Shown: positions 19,060 through 27,907, numbered from the stretch's first letter. The stretch: DNA of 56,313 nt from a virus (IMGVR_UViG_3300012172_000001:1-56313); one strand, 5' to 3'. Made by a program: numbers and translations. Notes: generated by a model not told the origin, from the letters alone.

Positions 19060-20649
19060 TCAAAACGCCGCTCCTGCTGTCTCGGACTCGCGAACCTCAT
19101 ACTCCCCGCCATGCCCCTGATTCACCGTGAACGGGTAAAGCTGGGCCACGCGCCGATTCGAGTCGTCAGAGCCGTATCTGGGGCATCTGTAACGGTGCCC
19201 ACCGATAGTCACATGAGCCGGAACGCGGTCCTTCGTCCCCTGCTTCTCGCACAAGCTGCGGAAGATCCCACAAGCCTGCTTCCACGTCCGGCCGCGCTTC
19301 CCGGCCATGTAGATAGCGCTAATCATCAACTGCTCAGCGGAACGAACCTTGGCAGGCTTCTCCTCGCGCGTGACCTCTTTCAATTCGCTGCCGTCGAATT
19401 CCAACCCCTGCCCGCGCCGTTCGGAATGACTCGGTTCGTAGCCGCAGTTCCGGCACTTCCCGCCACGGTAAATGCTGCTGCACTTCGGACATTCGATCGT
19501 CGGGCGTGATTTGTGCTCGCCTGGTTCTTTGGTGGTGATGTCCAGGGTCCAGTGACGCTCATCTTCAAAAAAACCGTGGCGAGCTATATTGCCGCCGTGG
19601 TCCAATATGATCGCGTCTGTTTTTCCTGCGTGGGTGCGCGATGCCCGACCGACCATTTGGCAATACCGAACGACGCTTCCCACGGCCACGCAGAGTTGCA
19701 CGCAGCCGATCGCCGGGATGTCGGTTCCCCGCTCGACCACCTGGACGTTGCACAGATAATCAATCTGGTGGTGATTGAGCTGCGAGAAGATCGTCTTCCG
19801 GGCGACGTCCTCCGTTTCCCCGTCCACGTAACCCACGCGCAGGCCGGCGGCTTCAAGCTGGGCCATCGCGTCCTTCGCGTGCGACCTCCTGGGGAAGAAT
19901 CCGACTGTTGGCCTGCCGTCCGCAAACTGCTTCCAGTCCCTGACCAGATCCCCAGCCAGGCCCTCCATCGCCGCCGCTTCGGAGTCGCTGGTGAATTCCG
20001 AACCGCGCTTCACGAGGAGCCCCAGCTTCCCCTGCGTCGCCCGGAAGTACCGGAACGGACTGAGGAAGTGGTTGTCGATGAGCCACTGGGTTGACGGGCC
20101 CAGGACGATTTCCTTGTAAACATCCGCCAGCCCCTTCGCCTGCGGAGTTGCCGTCAGGCCGATGACGTAAGCGGGATGGAGCCCCAGCGATTCTCTTCGC
20201 GCGTCGTGGTATTGCAAGAAGCGGGCGTATTTTTCGTGGTGAGAATGAGCCTCGTCCACGACGACCAAATCGAACGTGATGTCAGTGGCGTACTGGTTGT
20301 TTTTAATAAACCAACTCAGCAGGGAATCGATCGACGCAACCTGAACCCGTCGGCCGTAAGCCGTTTCCCGCCCCGACATGATGACGGCGCACGGAACCGA
20401 TGGTTCCTCGGCGAATGAATCCACCGCGTTATCAACCAGCCCGCGCCGATGAACAGTGAACAGACTCCGGCCGGTCTGGTTAGCGAGCGGTTCCCGGTTC
20501 GCCGATGCCCCCAGAATCCACTTCGCGCAGCGCGTTTTGCCGAACCCTGGATTCGCGCACAGAATCACCCGCCCGTGCTTCGCCAGGGCGGAGCGCGTCC
20601 TGTCGCGCAGGTCGATTTGGTGTTCGTAGAGGGAGGGTAGAGAGATCAT
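19060..20649 (-). CDS. Superfamily 2 DExH-box helicase with C-terminal Zn ribbon (529 aa)
   Basis: LYEHQ, PGFGKT, VVDEAH, GLTATP, RGTDIP, QMVGRASR, LDHGGN, CPKC...CRNCG. Confidence 0.92.
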   Translation of the reverse strand: MISLPSLYEHQIDLRDRTRSALAKHGRVILCANPGFGKTRCAKWILGASANREPLANQTGRSLFTVHRRGLVDNAVDSFAEEPSVPCAVIMSGRETAYGRRVQVASIDSLLSWFIKNNQYATDITFDLVVVDEAHSHHEKYARFLQYHDARRESLGLHPAYVIGLTATPQAKGLADVYKEIVLGPSTQWLIDNHFLSPFRYFRATQGKLGLLVKRGSEFTSDSEAAAMEGLAGDLVRDWKQFADGRPTVGFFPRRSHAKDAMAQLEAAGLRVGYVDGETEDVARKTIFSQLNHHQIDYLCNVQVVERGTDIPAIGCVQLCVAVGSVVRYCQMVGRASRTHAGKTDAIILDHGGNIARHGFFEDERHWTLDITTKEPGEHKSRPTIECPKCSSIYRGGKCRNCGYEPSHSERRGQGLEFDGSELKEVTREEKPAKVRSAEQLMISAIYMAGKRGRTWKQACGIFRSLCEKQGTKDRVPAHVTIGGHRYRCPRYGSDDSNRRVAQLYPFTVNQGHGGEYEVRESETAGAAF

Positions 20650-20855
20650 GGCAATCCCAACGCCTCGCGAATCTTCGTTAGCTCTGAGTCCATCGAAACT
20701 TGGGACATGGCAATGGCATGGTACACGGCCCGCTTCCATTTCCGTGACCCATAGCCCTCCGCGTCGCCGAGGCGTTTCAAGCTCCGCGCGAGGTTATTGG
20801 TTTCTGCAAGTTCGATTTGCCTGGTTTCTCGCTCTTGTTTGGTTTCAAGGTTCAT
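20646..20855 (-). CDS. Small hypothetical protein (69 aa)
   Basis: ATGA-coupled on both sides. Confidence 0.5.
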   Translation of the reverse strand: MNLETKQERETRQIELAETNNLARSLKRLGDAEGYGSRKWKRAVYHAIAMSQVSMDSELTKIREALGLP

Positions 20856-21769
20856 TTCCACGCCCTCGCTGTCTTGAGTAAGAACTTGCACGAAGCAATC
20901 GCTTCCGTATGCTCATCCGGCTTCGCCAGCAGATAGTTCAGGTCATCGAACGCGCGCATCAGGGCTTCCGCTGTTTTGACAGTCTTGCTTCGCTGAACCC
21001 CGATTCGGTCCTCGTCCGCGCCACCTGTTGGCTCCCCATGCGGATGGTGGCACTTGGCGCAGACGACGCACCCGAAGTCGTCTTTCGTCCACTTCGTTGA
21101 CGCGCAATTCGGGCACTTGCCGAGCTTGTCAGAAGCGACCCCCGGCTTCTCCTTGCCGCTCCTCGGCGGCCGGGGGCCTTGCTCCTGGGGCTTCGTGCCC
21201 GTTCGGTCTTCCTCTCCTGAAGGATCAGCGGCCTCGCCCGTGGCCGGGCCGGGCGAGACAGGGGCGGATGATGACGACGCGCGAACGCCGCCCGGCTTCC
21301 CCTTGTCGCTGAGTTTTGCAATCAGGTCCAGGGCTTCCTTCCTTGTCATCCCCTTTCCGGACTGCGCAATCTGAATCGCCTTAGTCAGTGCTTGTTTCGG
21401 CGTCGAAGGCTTGGCCAGTTCGTCAAGGGCCGAGTCCTCAAACTGAGCAAAACAGAGGAACCCCCCAAATGGCGGCGGTTGTCCCACGCTGGGGCGCGTG
21501 TCCGTAAGTATGTGCGGCGCAATGATTTCCCACCGCGAGATTGCGCGATAGGCGCTTGATCGCGAGATTCCGAGACCTTCAACCCACTCCCCAAAGGACG
21601 TTTCGCTGTCGTGTTCCAGGCAGGTATTGCGAGCCTGGAACAGCTCGTAAGACAGCTTGAAAAGCACGTCCTTCCCATGACGGAGTAGCTTCAGCACGTC
21701 GGTCTTGTGCCGATCGAGCTTGCTTTCCAGTGTCTTGTCGATCAGTACAGCTCTGGTTGCGCCAGCCAC
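20852..21769 (-). CDS. HTH- and Zn-ribbon-containing DNA-binding protein (305 aa)
   Basis: FGEWVEGLGISRSSAYRAI (HTH, DUF3102-like); CPNC...CAKC. Confidence 0.55.
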   Translation of the reverse strand: MAGATRAVLIDKTLESKLDRHKTDVLKLLRHGKDVLFKLSYELFQARNTCLEHDSETSFGEWVEGLGISRSSAYRAISRWEIIAPHILTDTRPSVGQPPPFGGFLCFAQFEDSALDELAKPSTPKQALTKAIQIAQSGKGMTRKEALDLIAKLSDKGKPGGVRASSSSAPVSPGPATGEAADPSGEEDRTGTKPQEQGPRPPRSGKEKPGVASDKLGKCPNCASTKWTKDDFGCVVCAKCHHPHGEPTGGADEDRIGVQRSKTVKTAEALMRAFDDLNYLLAKPDEHTEAIASCKFLLKTARAWK

Positions 21770-22503
21770 GCTTCGATCTCCTTATTGGACTGCGGGAGTC
21801 CCTTCGGCCACGGGTCGCAATTCCACTTGTCGGCGGTGAATTCGGGGATGCCTTCCAAGGTCACGTCAGGCGCTCGCCGGTCGCAGGCCCAGCGAATGAA
21901 CTCTACGATCGCGGCGGTGAACTGAAACCACTCGCCGCGAATCCTCTGTTCCTGAAAATGCGCGTGCAGGAACATTTCCGTGTACCGCTCATCCGCTGGC
22001 ATGTATCCGAGAAGCAGCAGCGGTTCAGGCGTGCCGATCTGAAGCTGAAGCAGCCGCAGAGCGCAGCCATTTGCCGTGTAGCCGATCTTCACCGCCAGGC
22101 TGTGCGGTGCGAGGATGAAATAGACGTGCCCGGTTGGATCGGTTGGGCACCACATTGCCTGAAAGTGTTTGCGGAACGCTTCGGCGTGTTGCTTCGGTGG
22201 ATCGGGGAAAAGCAGGCTGATGGCCCGCATGATTCCGACCTGAAACAGCCCCCAGAGCCGGGCGTACTGCCTCATCTCGCGCTCTTCGACGTTCCCCCGC
22301 AGGTACTCCGGCACAACGTCGAACCAGCGCTCGGTCATCGGCGAGACGGAGCCGCGAATGATGTCCAAGGCATTCCCAGTTTCCTCCGCACGTTCGACGG
22401 CATGTGAGAAAATGTCGCATAGCGCATCTGCTCGCGGCTTGGCCAGGGATTGCTCCCCGGCCTTCTTGAGCTTCAGGCACTCGACTTCTGGATCGTTAGG
22501 CAC
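21742..22503 (-). CDS. T5orf172/MUG113 (GIY-YIG-like) domain protein
   Basis: VYFI...VKIGYT...RLLQLQIG...E..LH..F...RIRGEWF; likely GTG start overlapping the end of csrA. Confidence 0.82.
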   Translation of the reverse strand: MPNDPEVECLKLKKAGEQSLAKPRADALCDIFSHAVERAEETGNALDIIRGSVSPMTERWFDVVPEYLRGNVEEREMRQYARLWGLFQVGIMRAISLLFPDPPKQHAEAFRKHFQAMWCPTDPTGHVYFILAPHSLAVKIGYTANGCALRLLQLQIGTPEPLLLLGYMPADERYTEMFLHAHFQEQRIRGEWFQFTAAIVEFIRWACDRRAPDVTLEGIPEFTADKWNCDPWPKGLPQSNKEIEAWLAQPELY

Positions 22504-22675
22504 TGGCTTTCCCCTCCCGCTGAATCGCCTCGAACACTTCCTGGCGATGCACTGGAACATCGCTTGGGGCTTCAATTCCCAGCCGCACCTTGTCGCCGCG
22601 GATTTCGACGACGGTAATTACGATGTCCTTGCCGATCATGACCTTTTCGTTCTTGTGTCTCGAAAGCACGAGCAT
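22496..22675 (-). CDS. csrA: Carbon storage regulator CsrA/RsmA homologue (59 aa; not in the ORF track)
   Basis: Translation MLVLSRHKNEKVMIGKDIVITVVEIRGDKVRLGIEAPSDVPVHRQEVFEAIQREGKASA; GGAGG ribosome-binding site. Confidence 0.95.
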   Translation of the reverse strand: MLVLSRHKNEKVMIGKDIVITVVEIRGDKVRLGIEAPSDVPVHRQEVFEAIQREGKASA

Positions 22676-22692
22676 TGAATTTCCTCCGTGGG

Positions 22693-23148
22693 TTAAACCA
22701 ACTTTCGGGCGAATTTCACGCCCACGATTCGCTCAAAATCATCCGGCTCCACGTACTCCCGCAGCGTTTGAATCACGCCGCAGTAATACGCAGGTGTTTT
22801 CTGGCCCTCGAACTTCGGCCGGCAATGCTCGAAGTACCATTCGGCCAAAGTCGGGTGATGCCATTCCAGCCACCGAATCCAACCGGCGGAATTCTGGTGG
22901 GGCGACAGGTCGCGGTCGAACTGGTGGCAACTGGCGCAAAGGGCAATGCCGTTCCGCAGTTCGTAGCGCGTGGCTTCGTGCTGCCGTGGAACGAGGTGAT
23001 GGGCTTCGCAGTCTCGCGCCCCGCAGACGGCGCACTTGTTCGCCCAATCGTCGCGAACGGCCAGCGACCAGAGACGATCGGCCATATCCCTGAGCCGTCC
23101 TTTGGCTGGCAATCCGCCGGCAGACTTTTTCCTTTGTTTAACCGCCAT
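22693..23148 (-). CDS. HNH endonuclease, NinG/Rap-like (151 aa)
   Basis: CAVCG...EAHHL...RYELRNGIALCASCH. Confidence 0.85.
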   Translation of the reverse strand: MAVKQRKKSAGGLPAKGRLRDMADRLWSLAVRDDWANKCAVCGARDCEAHHLVPRQHEATRYELRNGIALCASCHQFDRDLSPHQNSAGWIRWLEWHHPTLAEWYFEHCRPKFEGQKTPAYYCGVIQTLREYVEPDDFERIVGVKFARKLV

Positions 23149-23383
23149 ACTTCAGCCTCCGCGCAGCCAGAATCCTCGCCGCCATCCTCGTCATCGTCTC
23201 GTCGCTTAGAAGCGAATAGTCAGACAAACCCCTCACGTCTTCCGGTTTAAGCGGCGCAATCGCGTCCAGCTCATCCGCGGTAAACGTCAAGCAAACGTTC
23301 GTTTCGAGCTGCCCTTCCCGACCTCGGAAGGGAACGATGGTGGCTGGAGTGTTGAGCATTGCGTCCTCCTTGAAATCGAGCAT
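23138..23383 (-). CDS. Hypothetical protein
   Basis: ORF on the operon strand; AGGAGG precedes the second Met. Confidence 0.5.
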   Translation of the reverse strand: MLDFKEDAMLNTPATIVPFRGREGQLETNVCLTFTADELDAIAPLKPEDVRGLSDYSLLSDETMTRMAARILAARRLKYGG

Positions 23384-23400
23384 GAATCACGTCAACAGAA

Positions 23401-23712
23401 TTAGGTCTTGGCCGCCTCCGCATTCGTTTTCTTCGCCGTCTGAACCAGCCCGCGCCACGGGTTCGGACGGGCCTCGCCGCTGAGCCGATTCAGGTGAACC
23501 CAAATCGCGGCCCAGTAGCCGAACATTTGGAACTTGTAGCGGGCCAGCGAATCCCAGGCCTTCGCCTCGGCCTCGGCAAGATCGGCCAGCACTTTGTCTT
23601 TCACGGTGTCGGGTGTTATTTGCACAGGTTCAAACCTCTCCCTCTTGTAGCGCATCACTTCCCGGTCAATCGCCCTGTTGTCGCGTTCGATCCAGGCGTC
23701 GTCGTCACGCAT
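23401..23712 (-). CDS. Phage hypothetical protein (103 aa)
   Basis: KAWDSLARYKFQMFGYWAAIWVHLN...NPW. Confidence 0.6.
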   Translation of the reverse strand: MRDDDAWIERDNRAIDREVMRYKRERFEPVQITPDTVKDKVLADLAEAEAKAWDSLARYKFQMFGYWAAIWVHLNRLSGEARPNPWRGLVQTAKKTNAEAAKT

Positions 23713-23881
23713 GGCAGAACTCCGCCGCAATGATTTCCTTCACACGCTCCGCGTCGATTCGCCGCACCAGGGCAATGAGGTTTGTCATGTCGATGCGGAG
23801 GTCAAGCCGCTGCAAGTCCGTCAGCGGGTACTTGTCGGCTATCTCCTCGATGCGGTCGTTGATGGGGTCGATTGCGATCAT
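23705..23881 (-). CDS. Small hypothetical protein (58 aa; not in the ORF track)
   Basis: MIAIDPINDRIEEIADKYP...AEFCHA; overlaps both neighbours; GAGG ribosome-binding site. Confidence 0.5.
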   Translation of the reverse strand: MIAIDPINDRIEEIADKYPLTDLQRLDLRIDMTNLIALVRRIDAERVKEIIAAEFCHA

Positions 23882-25050
23882 GTGATCCTCGTGGTATTGG
23901 GTAGAGTCAAATCCGTTCGCAGCCTGACAAGTTTGCGCGTCACTTCGAGCTTGCTCTCGAATTCGATCAGCGCCTTGCGCTTGGCCGGCTTGATTCGTTC
24001 GTCGTCGGCCTTGGCCGCGGCGATGGCCGCTTCCACCGTGCCGAACAGCTTGACCAGATCAGCGGAACCCTTCTCCCCGATTCCGATGACTCCCTTAATC
24101 CCGTCAGTCGCGTCACCCATGATCGTTTGGTACTCGACCCACTGGCCCGGCGGAATTCCAGTCGCTTCGGTGTGCTGTTTCGCGGTGAGCCACTTGTAAT
24201 CGGGTAGGTGTTCGCCGGTCGTTTCGTCTTCGGCCCACTTGATGTCGAGAAGCATGTTGCACTTCTCACTGAGGCACTGACGGCAATCCTTGTCTTGGGT
24301 GAGCAGCGTCACGCGGCCTTCGAACTGCTTCGCAAAGGACGCCATCACGTCGTCCGCTTCCATGCCCTCGACCACAACGCAGGCGAAGCCACGCCCCTCC
24401 AGCAGCTCATGCACGAGATTCAACTGCTGCACGAGTTCGGCATCCTTTGGGGGCCTGTCCTTGTAGCGGTCCTCCCAATCCTTTGTGAATTCCTTGCGGT
24501 GGTTGATCTTCGAGTCGAAGCAACAAGCGCAGTCCGTGAGCCCTTTTTCCTTCAGGCGTTCGACCGTCCGCTGAATCCAGGTCGCCACCCCGACCGCTGC
24601 CTCGACCCCGGCGCCGCTGAACCAGAACCTATGGAGGAAGTAGTTACAGTCGATACACAAAATCCACCGCGGCCGGTCGCGTTCCTGCTTGTCGGCGGCG
24701 CGTGATTCGTCGGACGTGAGCCCCTTGTCAACGATCTGGGCCAGGCGCGTCAGCCGATCCGGCTTCCCGGCGTTCTGGGTGTACTGTGAGTAGGTCGCTT
24801 CGCTCTCCCGATCCGATTCGTTCGGGTAGGCCCGGCACACCCCCGCGGCCCGTGCGATCAGTCCGGGCGAGGTCCATTCAGGGAACACCTGCTGCCAAGT
24901 GTCAGGCCATTTCGCTTCCGCGTAGCGGGCCAAATCCCCAAGCATGAACATCACGTCCCTTTGCTGTTCGCACAGCCCAGTCCCGAACGACTGGCACTGC
25001 TCCATCTCCAGGCCGGAACAATCGAGGAATCGCTTGCGCATCCGTGTCAT
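23878..25050 (-). CDS. 5'-3' exonuclease/flap endonuclease (Pol I N-terminal-like) with extra N-terminal domain (390 aa)
   Basis: IDCNYFLHR, FDS, RK...YKDR, EADDVMAS, TQDKDCRQ, MGDATDGIKGVIGIGEKGS (H3TH). Confidence 0.92.
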   Translation of the reverse strand: MTRMRKRFLDCSGLEMEQCQSFGTGLCEQQRDVMFMLGDLARYAEAKWPDTWQQVFPEWTSPGLIARAAGVCRAYPNESDRESEATYSQYTQNAGKPDRLTRLAQIVDKGLTSDESRAADKQERDRPRWILCIDCNYFLHRFWFSGAGVEAAVGVATWIQRTVERLKEKGLTDCACCFDSKINHRKEFTKDWEDRYKDRPPKDAELVQQLNLVHELLEGRGFACVVVEGMEADDVMASFAKQFEGRVTLLTQDKDCRQCLSEKCNMLLDIKWAEDETTGEHLPDYKWLTAKQHTEATGIPPGQWVEYQTIMGDATDGIKGVIGIGEKGSADLVKLFGTVEAAIAAAKADDERIKPAKRKALIEFESKLEVTRKLVRLRTDLTLPNTTRIT

Positions 25051-25052
25051 TG

Positions 25053-25292
25053 CTACTTTCCGTGAACGTCCCGAATGTGCTGCTCCAGCCCAACGGCCTT
25101 AACGCGCTTGCCGCACGTTGGGCATCTTGCCTTGGCTGTCTTCGGTGAAGTCGCGTCGTTCAGGAGACGGCGCAGCTTCCTTCGGCTGCCCTCGGAACCG
25201 CTTCGGGGATAGCCCGGCGCATCGCCGTCGATCAGCTCGCCCGTCTCTCCGTCAATCAGTCCCTCTAGCACCATGTCTGAGTACTCGCCCAT
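25053..25292 (-). CDS. Small C2H2 zinc-finger protein (79 aa)
   Basis: CPTCGK...LEQHIRDVH; GAGGTG ribosome-binding site. Confidence 0.6.
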   Translation of the reverse strand: MGEYSDMVLEGLIDGETGELIDGDAPGYPRSGSEGSRRKLRRLLNDATSPKTAKARCPTCGKRVKAVGLEQHIRDVHGK

Positions 25293-25300
25293 GATTCACC

Positions 25301-26056
25301 TCACTCAAAAGGAACATCTCCAGAAACGCCACTCGCATCTTTCGTGTCCGCGATCCGCTTCTGGCACTTCTCCAAAGCATCCCGCGTCCAGCACTTTGAA
25401 TCCGCGCTCGGGAATTCCCCGACAACACCTGTGACGAATCGCGCGAAGCCTTCCCGCAAATCCTTGGGGTTCTTCGTGCCGGCCGCGAACTTCAAACGCC
25501 ACGACTGCTTGAGGGCTGCAAGGTCCGCGTCGGTAACTTCGTCGTCATGCTCGTCCTTAGGCAGCGCCCACGCGGGAAGGCCGGGCGTTTTCCACCAGTA
25601 TTCGGCTCCGCCCTTGTCCTTCGGAAGTTTCGCCCAATTCCACTGGCGGCCGTCCTGTTTTTTTTCTTCCGTGTCGGCGTACACTTCGTCCAGGTAGTAC
25701 AAATATCTGCCGATGCCCCACTGCGCCCCGGCCCGCTTCATGGCCCCGCTGAATCCGCCCTTAGCTGGCTCGATGTTCGTGGGCTCGCTCACGTCCCATT
25801 TCGTGATCCACTCGTTGTTGATCCGAATGGAAATGCCAACCGCGAAGGCGCTCTTGCCGTTGACCTCGATGATCCGCGGTTCTTCGATCTGCCAGTTCTC
25901 AGCGCCGCAAACGTCGTCCAGGCGTTTCTGCACGGCGCGATTGGTGATGTAGGCCAACACTGAGCACCAGATTCCACGCTGGGCAGTTCCAGCGCGGGAA
26001 ACGCGCCACTCGATGTCGCTCGCTTCAAAAGGCTCGCTGAGTCGTGATAGATTCAT
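25301..26056 (-). CDS. Rad52/Sak-family single-strand annealing protein
   Basis: LSEPF..DIEWRV, LAYITNRAVQKRLDDVCG..NW, KGGFSGAMKRAGAQWGIGRYLY. Confidence 0.9.
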   Translation of the reverse strand: MNLSRLSEPFEASDIEWRVSRAGTAQRGIWCSVLAYITNRAVQKRLDDVCGAENWQIEEPRIIEVNGKSAFAVGISIRINNEWITKWDVSEPTNIEPAKGGFSGAMKRAGAQWGIGRYLYYLDEVYADTEEKKQDGRQWNWAKLPKDKGGAEYWWKTPGLPAWALPKDEHDDEVTDADLAALKQSWRLKFAAGTKNPKDLREGFARFVTGVVGEFPSADSKCWTRDALEKCQKRIADTKDASGVSGDVPFE

Positions 26057-26346
26057 GCCGTCCTCCCCAGAATCGCCAGCGTCTTTCGATACTCCGCCTC
26101 GAACGCTTCTCGCTCAGCCTTGTTCGCAAAGCCGAAGTCGCTGATGGGCCTGCCGGCAATCGCCGCTTCCTGCCCGGCTCGTTCGGCCTCGGCGATGGAA
26201 TCGCATTCGGCGCAGTGAACCGCCGTGGGCGTGCCTTCGAGCGCGTCAATCACGCAAGGCAGGCGGCAATCGTCGTAGAGCAGCCTTCGCCCGCAGCGCG
26301 AGCAGCCGCAGAGAATCAGCAATTCGATGGCGCGGGTAGCCGCCAT
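26053..26346 (-). CDS. Cys-rich small protein (97 aa)
   Basis: CSRC and CAEC pairs; ATGA-coupled to the Sak gene. Confidence 0.5.
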   Translation of the reverse strand: MAATRAIELLILCGCSRCGRRLLYDDCRLPCVIDALEGTPTAVHCAECDSIAEAERAGQEAAIAGRPISDFGFANKAEREAFEAEYRKTLAILGRTA

Positions 26347-26488
26347 AACTGCACTCCGTTGCCACGTCCATGCGTGGCGTGTCGCTCCAGAATCCGAATT
26401 GCGACTGACGGGCTAGAAATCGCTGCCCAAGAGTCGCTGTGTTACTTCGTCGTTGGCCTTGGGTTCGACGCCTCAGCCAACACGGGAG

Positions 26489-26516
26489 ACTTTAGCAAAT
26501 GCTAACAAGCCGTCAA
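26489..26516 (-). promoter_or_regulatory. Candidate sigma70 promoter of the leftward operon with palindromic operator
   Basis: TTGACG-N16-TAAAGT; palindrome TTAGCAAATGCTAA at 26492-26505. Confidence 0.55.
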
Positions 26517-26755
26517 GATGCCTTGGCCATTTTTCTGGCCGCTTTTTCGGAAATAAGTTCCGAGGGCTGAATTTCCAAGGCTTTTGCGAAATCTTCCAGG
26601 GAATTTAGGCCGGGATTTCTATGGCCCGAAAGCATCTGAGAGATAAACGACGCTGTGACTTTCATTCGATGCGCCAGGTCGTCTTGAGACAATCCAAGCG
26701 TGGCCATTCGTTCGCGGACATTGGCCCTAAAAGCGTTCGCCAGTCTTGCCGACAT
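26513..26755 (-). CDS. XRE-family HTH regulator, repressor/Cro-like (80 aa)
   Basis: LSQDDLAHRMKVTASFISQMLSGHRNPGLNSLEDFAKALEI. Confidence 0.9.
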   Translation of the reverse strand: MSARLANAFRANVRERMATLGLSQDDLAHRMKVTASFISQMLSGHRNPGLNSLEDFAKALEIQPSELISEKAARKMAKAS

Positions 26756-26771
26756 ACTTCCCATGCCTTGC

Positions 26772-26799
26772 AGTTTAGCAACTGCTGTAGTAATGTCAA
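26772..26799 (-). promoter_or_regulatory. Candidate promoter of the XRE gene with operator
   Basis: TTGACA-N16-TAAACT; contains TTAGCAACTGCTGT, related to the 26492 palindrome. Confidence 0.55.
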
Positions 26800-26869
26800 A
26801 GGCGCGGCAAAGGCCGGGTCGAACAGGAATCACACAGCGTCGATCCCAACCGGCCCCTGCCGCGTCAAA

Positions 26870-26923
26870 TACACCCAGGAGGGCTCGAACCTCCAACCTT
26901 CGGTTCCGTAGACCGATGCTCTA
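26870..26923 (-). other. attP core candidate: 3' part of a tRNA-Arg(ACG) gene
   Basis: TAGAGC-A-TCGGT-CTACGGA-ACCGA-AGGTT-GGAGG-TTCGAGC-CCTCC-TGGGTGT-A: anticodon arm, T arm and 3' acceptor strand; 5' D-arm missing; about 150 bp upstream of the integrase. Confidence 0.85.
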
Positions 26924-27073
26924 GGGCGCTAGCAAGCCTTGCCTATTTAGCCCATGCGGAAACTTGCGATTCCGGCCAATCCCGTCAGAACGGCGGGTCG
27001 ATACCAACACCTTGACGGACAACTCGGATTCCGGCGGAGACCGCGGTTGACACACGGACGGCGTTGACTCGTT

Positions 27074-27907
27074 TTGAAACGAGCCGCCATGATCGCTGCC
27101 ACGCTGAAAGGCGCACTCAACCACTACACGCTCTATCGAACGCTCGCCCCTGAAACCGTCGCGTGGTATTCCCGCGCGGTGAGCGTCTATTGCACCTGGG
27201 CTGGCGGCGACGTGCCGCTGGCCTCGTTCAACGGGCAGACGATCAGCGAAATGCTCTTGGCTAAACAGCGGGCCGGGCGTTCGGCCTATTACGTCAAGAG
27301 CTTGCGGGGCGGCCTGGTTGCTCTGCTCCGCGAGGTGCGCGGGGATGCGCCGGTAGAGCGGGTCAGGTCGGTCAAAACGCCGCCGCTCGATCCCCACGGC
27401 CTAACGCCGGCAGAAGTCGAAAGGCTGGTCAAGCAATGCGATTCGCTCCCGCCTGAAGCCCGCTGGCGGTATCGACTTATGATCCTGCTCGGCTATTACA
27501 CCGCCCTGGATGCCGCCGACATTTGGCGGCTGGAGCGGAAGCATATCGACCGCCGGGGCTGGATTGCGTTTCGCCGCGGCAAAACCGGATCGCTGATCTT
27601 CGTCGCCATTCCTCCCGAAGTTGTGGCGGAGATCGACCGGCATTGCCCGCGCAAAGGTCCGCTGATTCGCATGGGCGTGAGCAAGGAATGGTTCCGTCGC
27701 GTGATAGCCGGTCTGTTCGCGCGGGCCGGGTTGCAAGGCACGTTCAAGACGCTGCGCAAGACTTCTGCCTCGCTGGTCGAATCAGAACAACCAGGCATGG
27801 GCCATAAACACGCTGGGAACACGCGGGCCATTTTTGAGAAGCATTACGACGTGAGGCGGCTGACGCGAGAGAAGCCGACGATGCCGCCGAAGATAAAGCT
27901 ACCTTGA
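27074..27907 (+). CDS. int: Tyrosine recombinase/integrase with atypical catalytic residues
   Basis: LLGYYTALDAADIWRL (box I), RGKTG, FKTLRKT, HAGNT...FEKHY (box II); adjacent tRNA fragment; probable ATG at 27089. Confidence 0.8.
   Translation: MKRAAMIAATLKGALNHYTLYRTLAPETVAWYSRAVSVYCTWAGGDVPLASFNGQTISEMLLAKQRAGRSAYYVKSLRGGLVALLREVRGDAPVERVRSVKTPPLDPHGLTPAEVERLVKQCDSLPPEARWRYRLMILLGYYTALDAADIWRLERKHIDRRGWIAFRRGKTGSLIFVAIPPEVVAEIDRHCPRKGPLIRMGVSKEWFRRVIAGLFARAGLQGTFKTLRKTSASLVESEQPGMGHKHAGNTRAIFEKHYDVRRLTREKPTMPPKIKLP

Noticed and set aside
22503-22575. Start of the T5orf172 gene at 22575
   Set aside because: That stretch belongs to csrA in another frame; GTG at 22503 is more plausible
26870-26945. 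Complete functional tRNA-Arg gene
   Set aside because: The 5' D-stem and most of the D-loop are missing and no CCA is encoded; treated as attP
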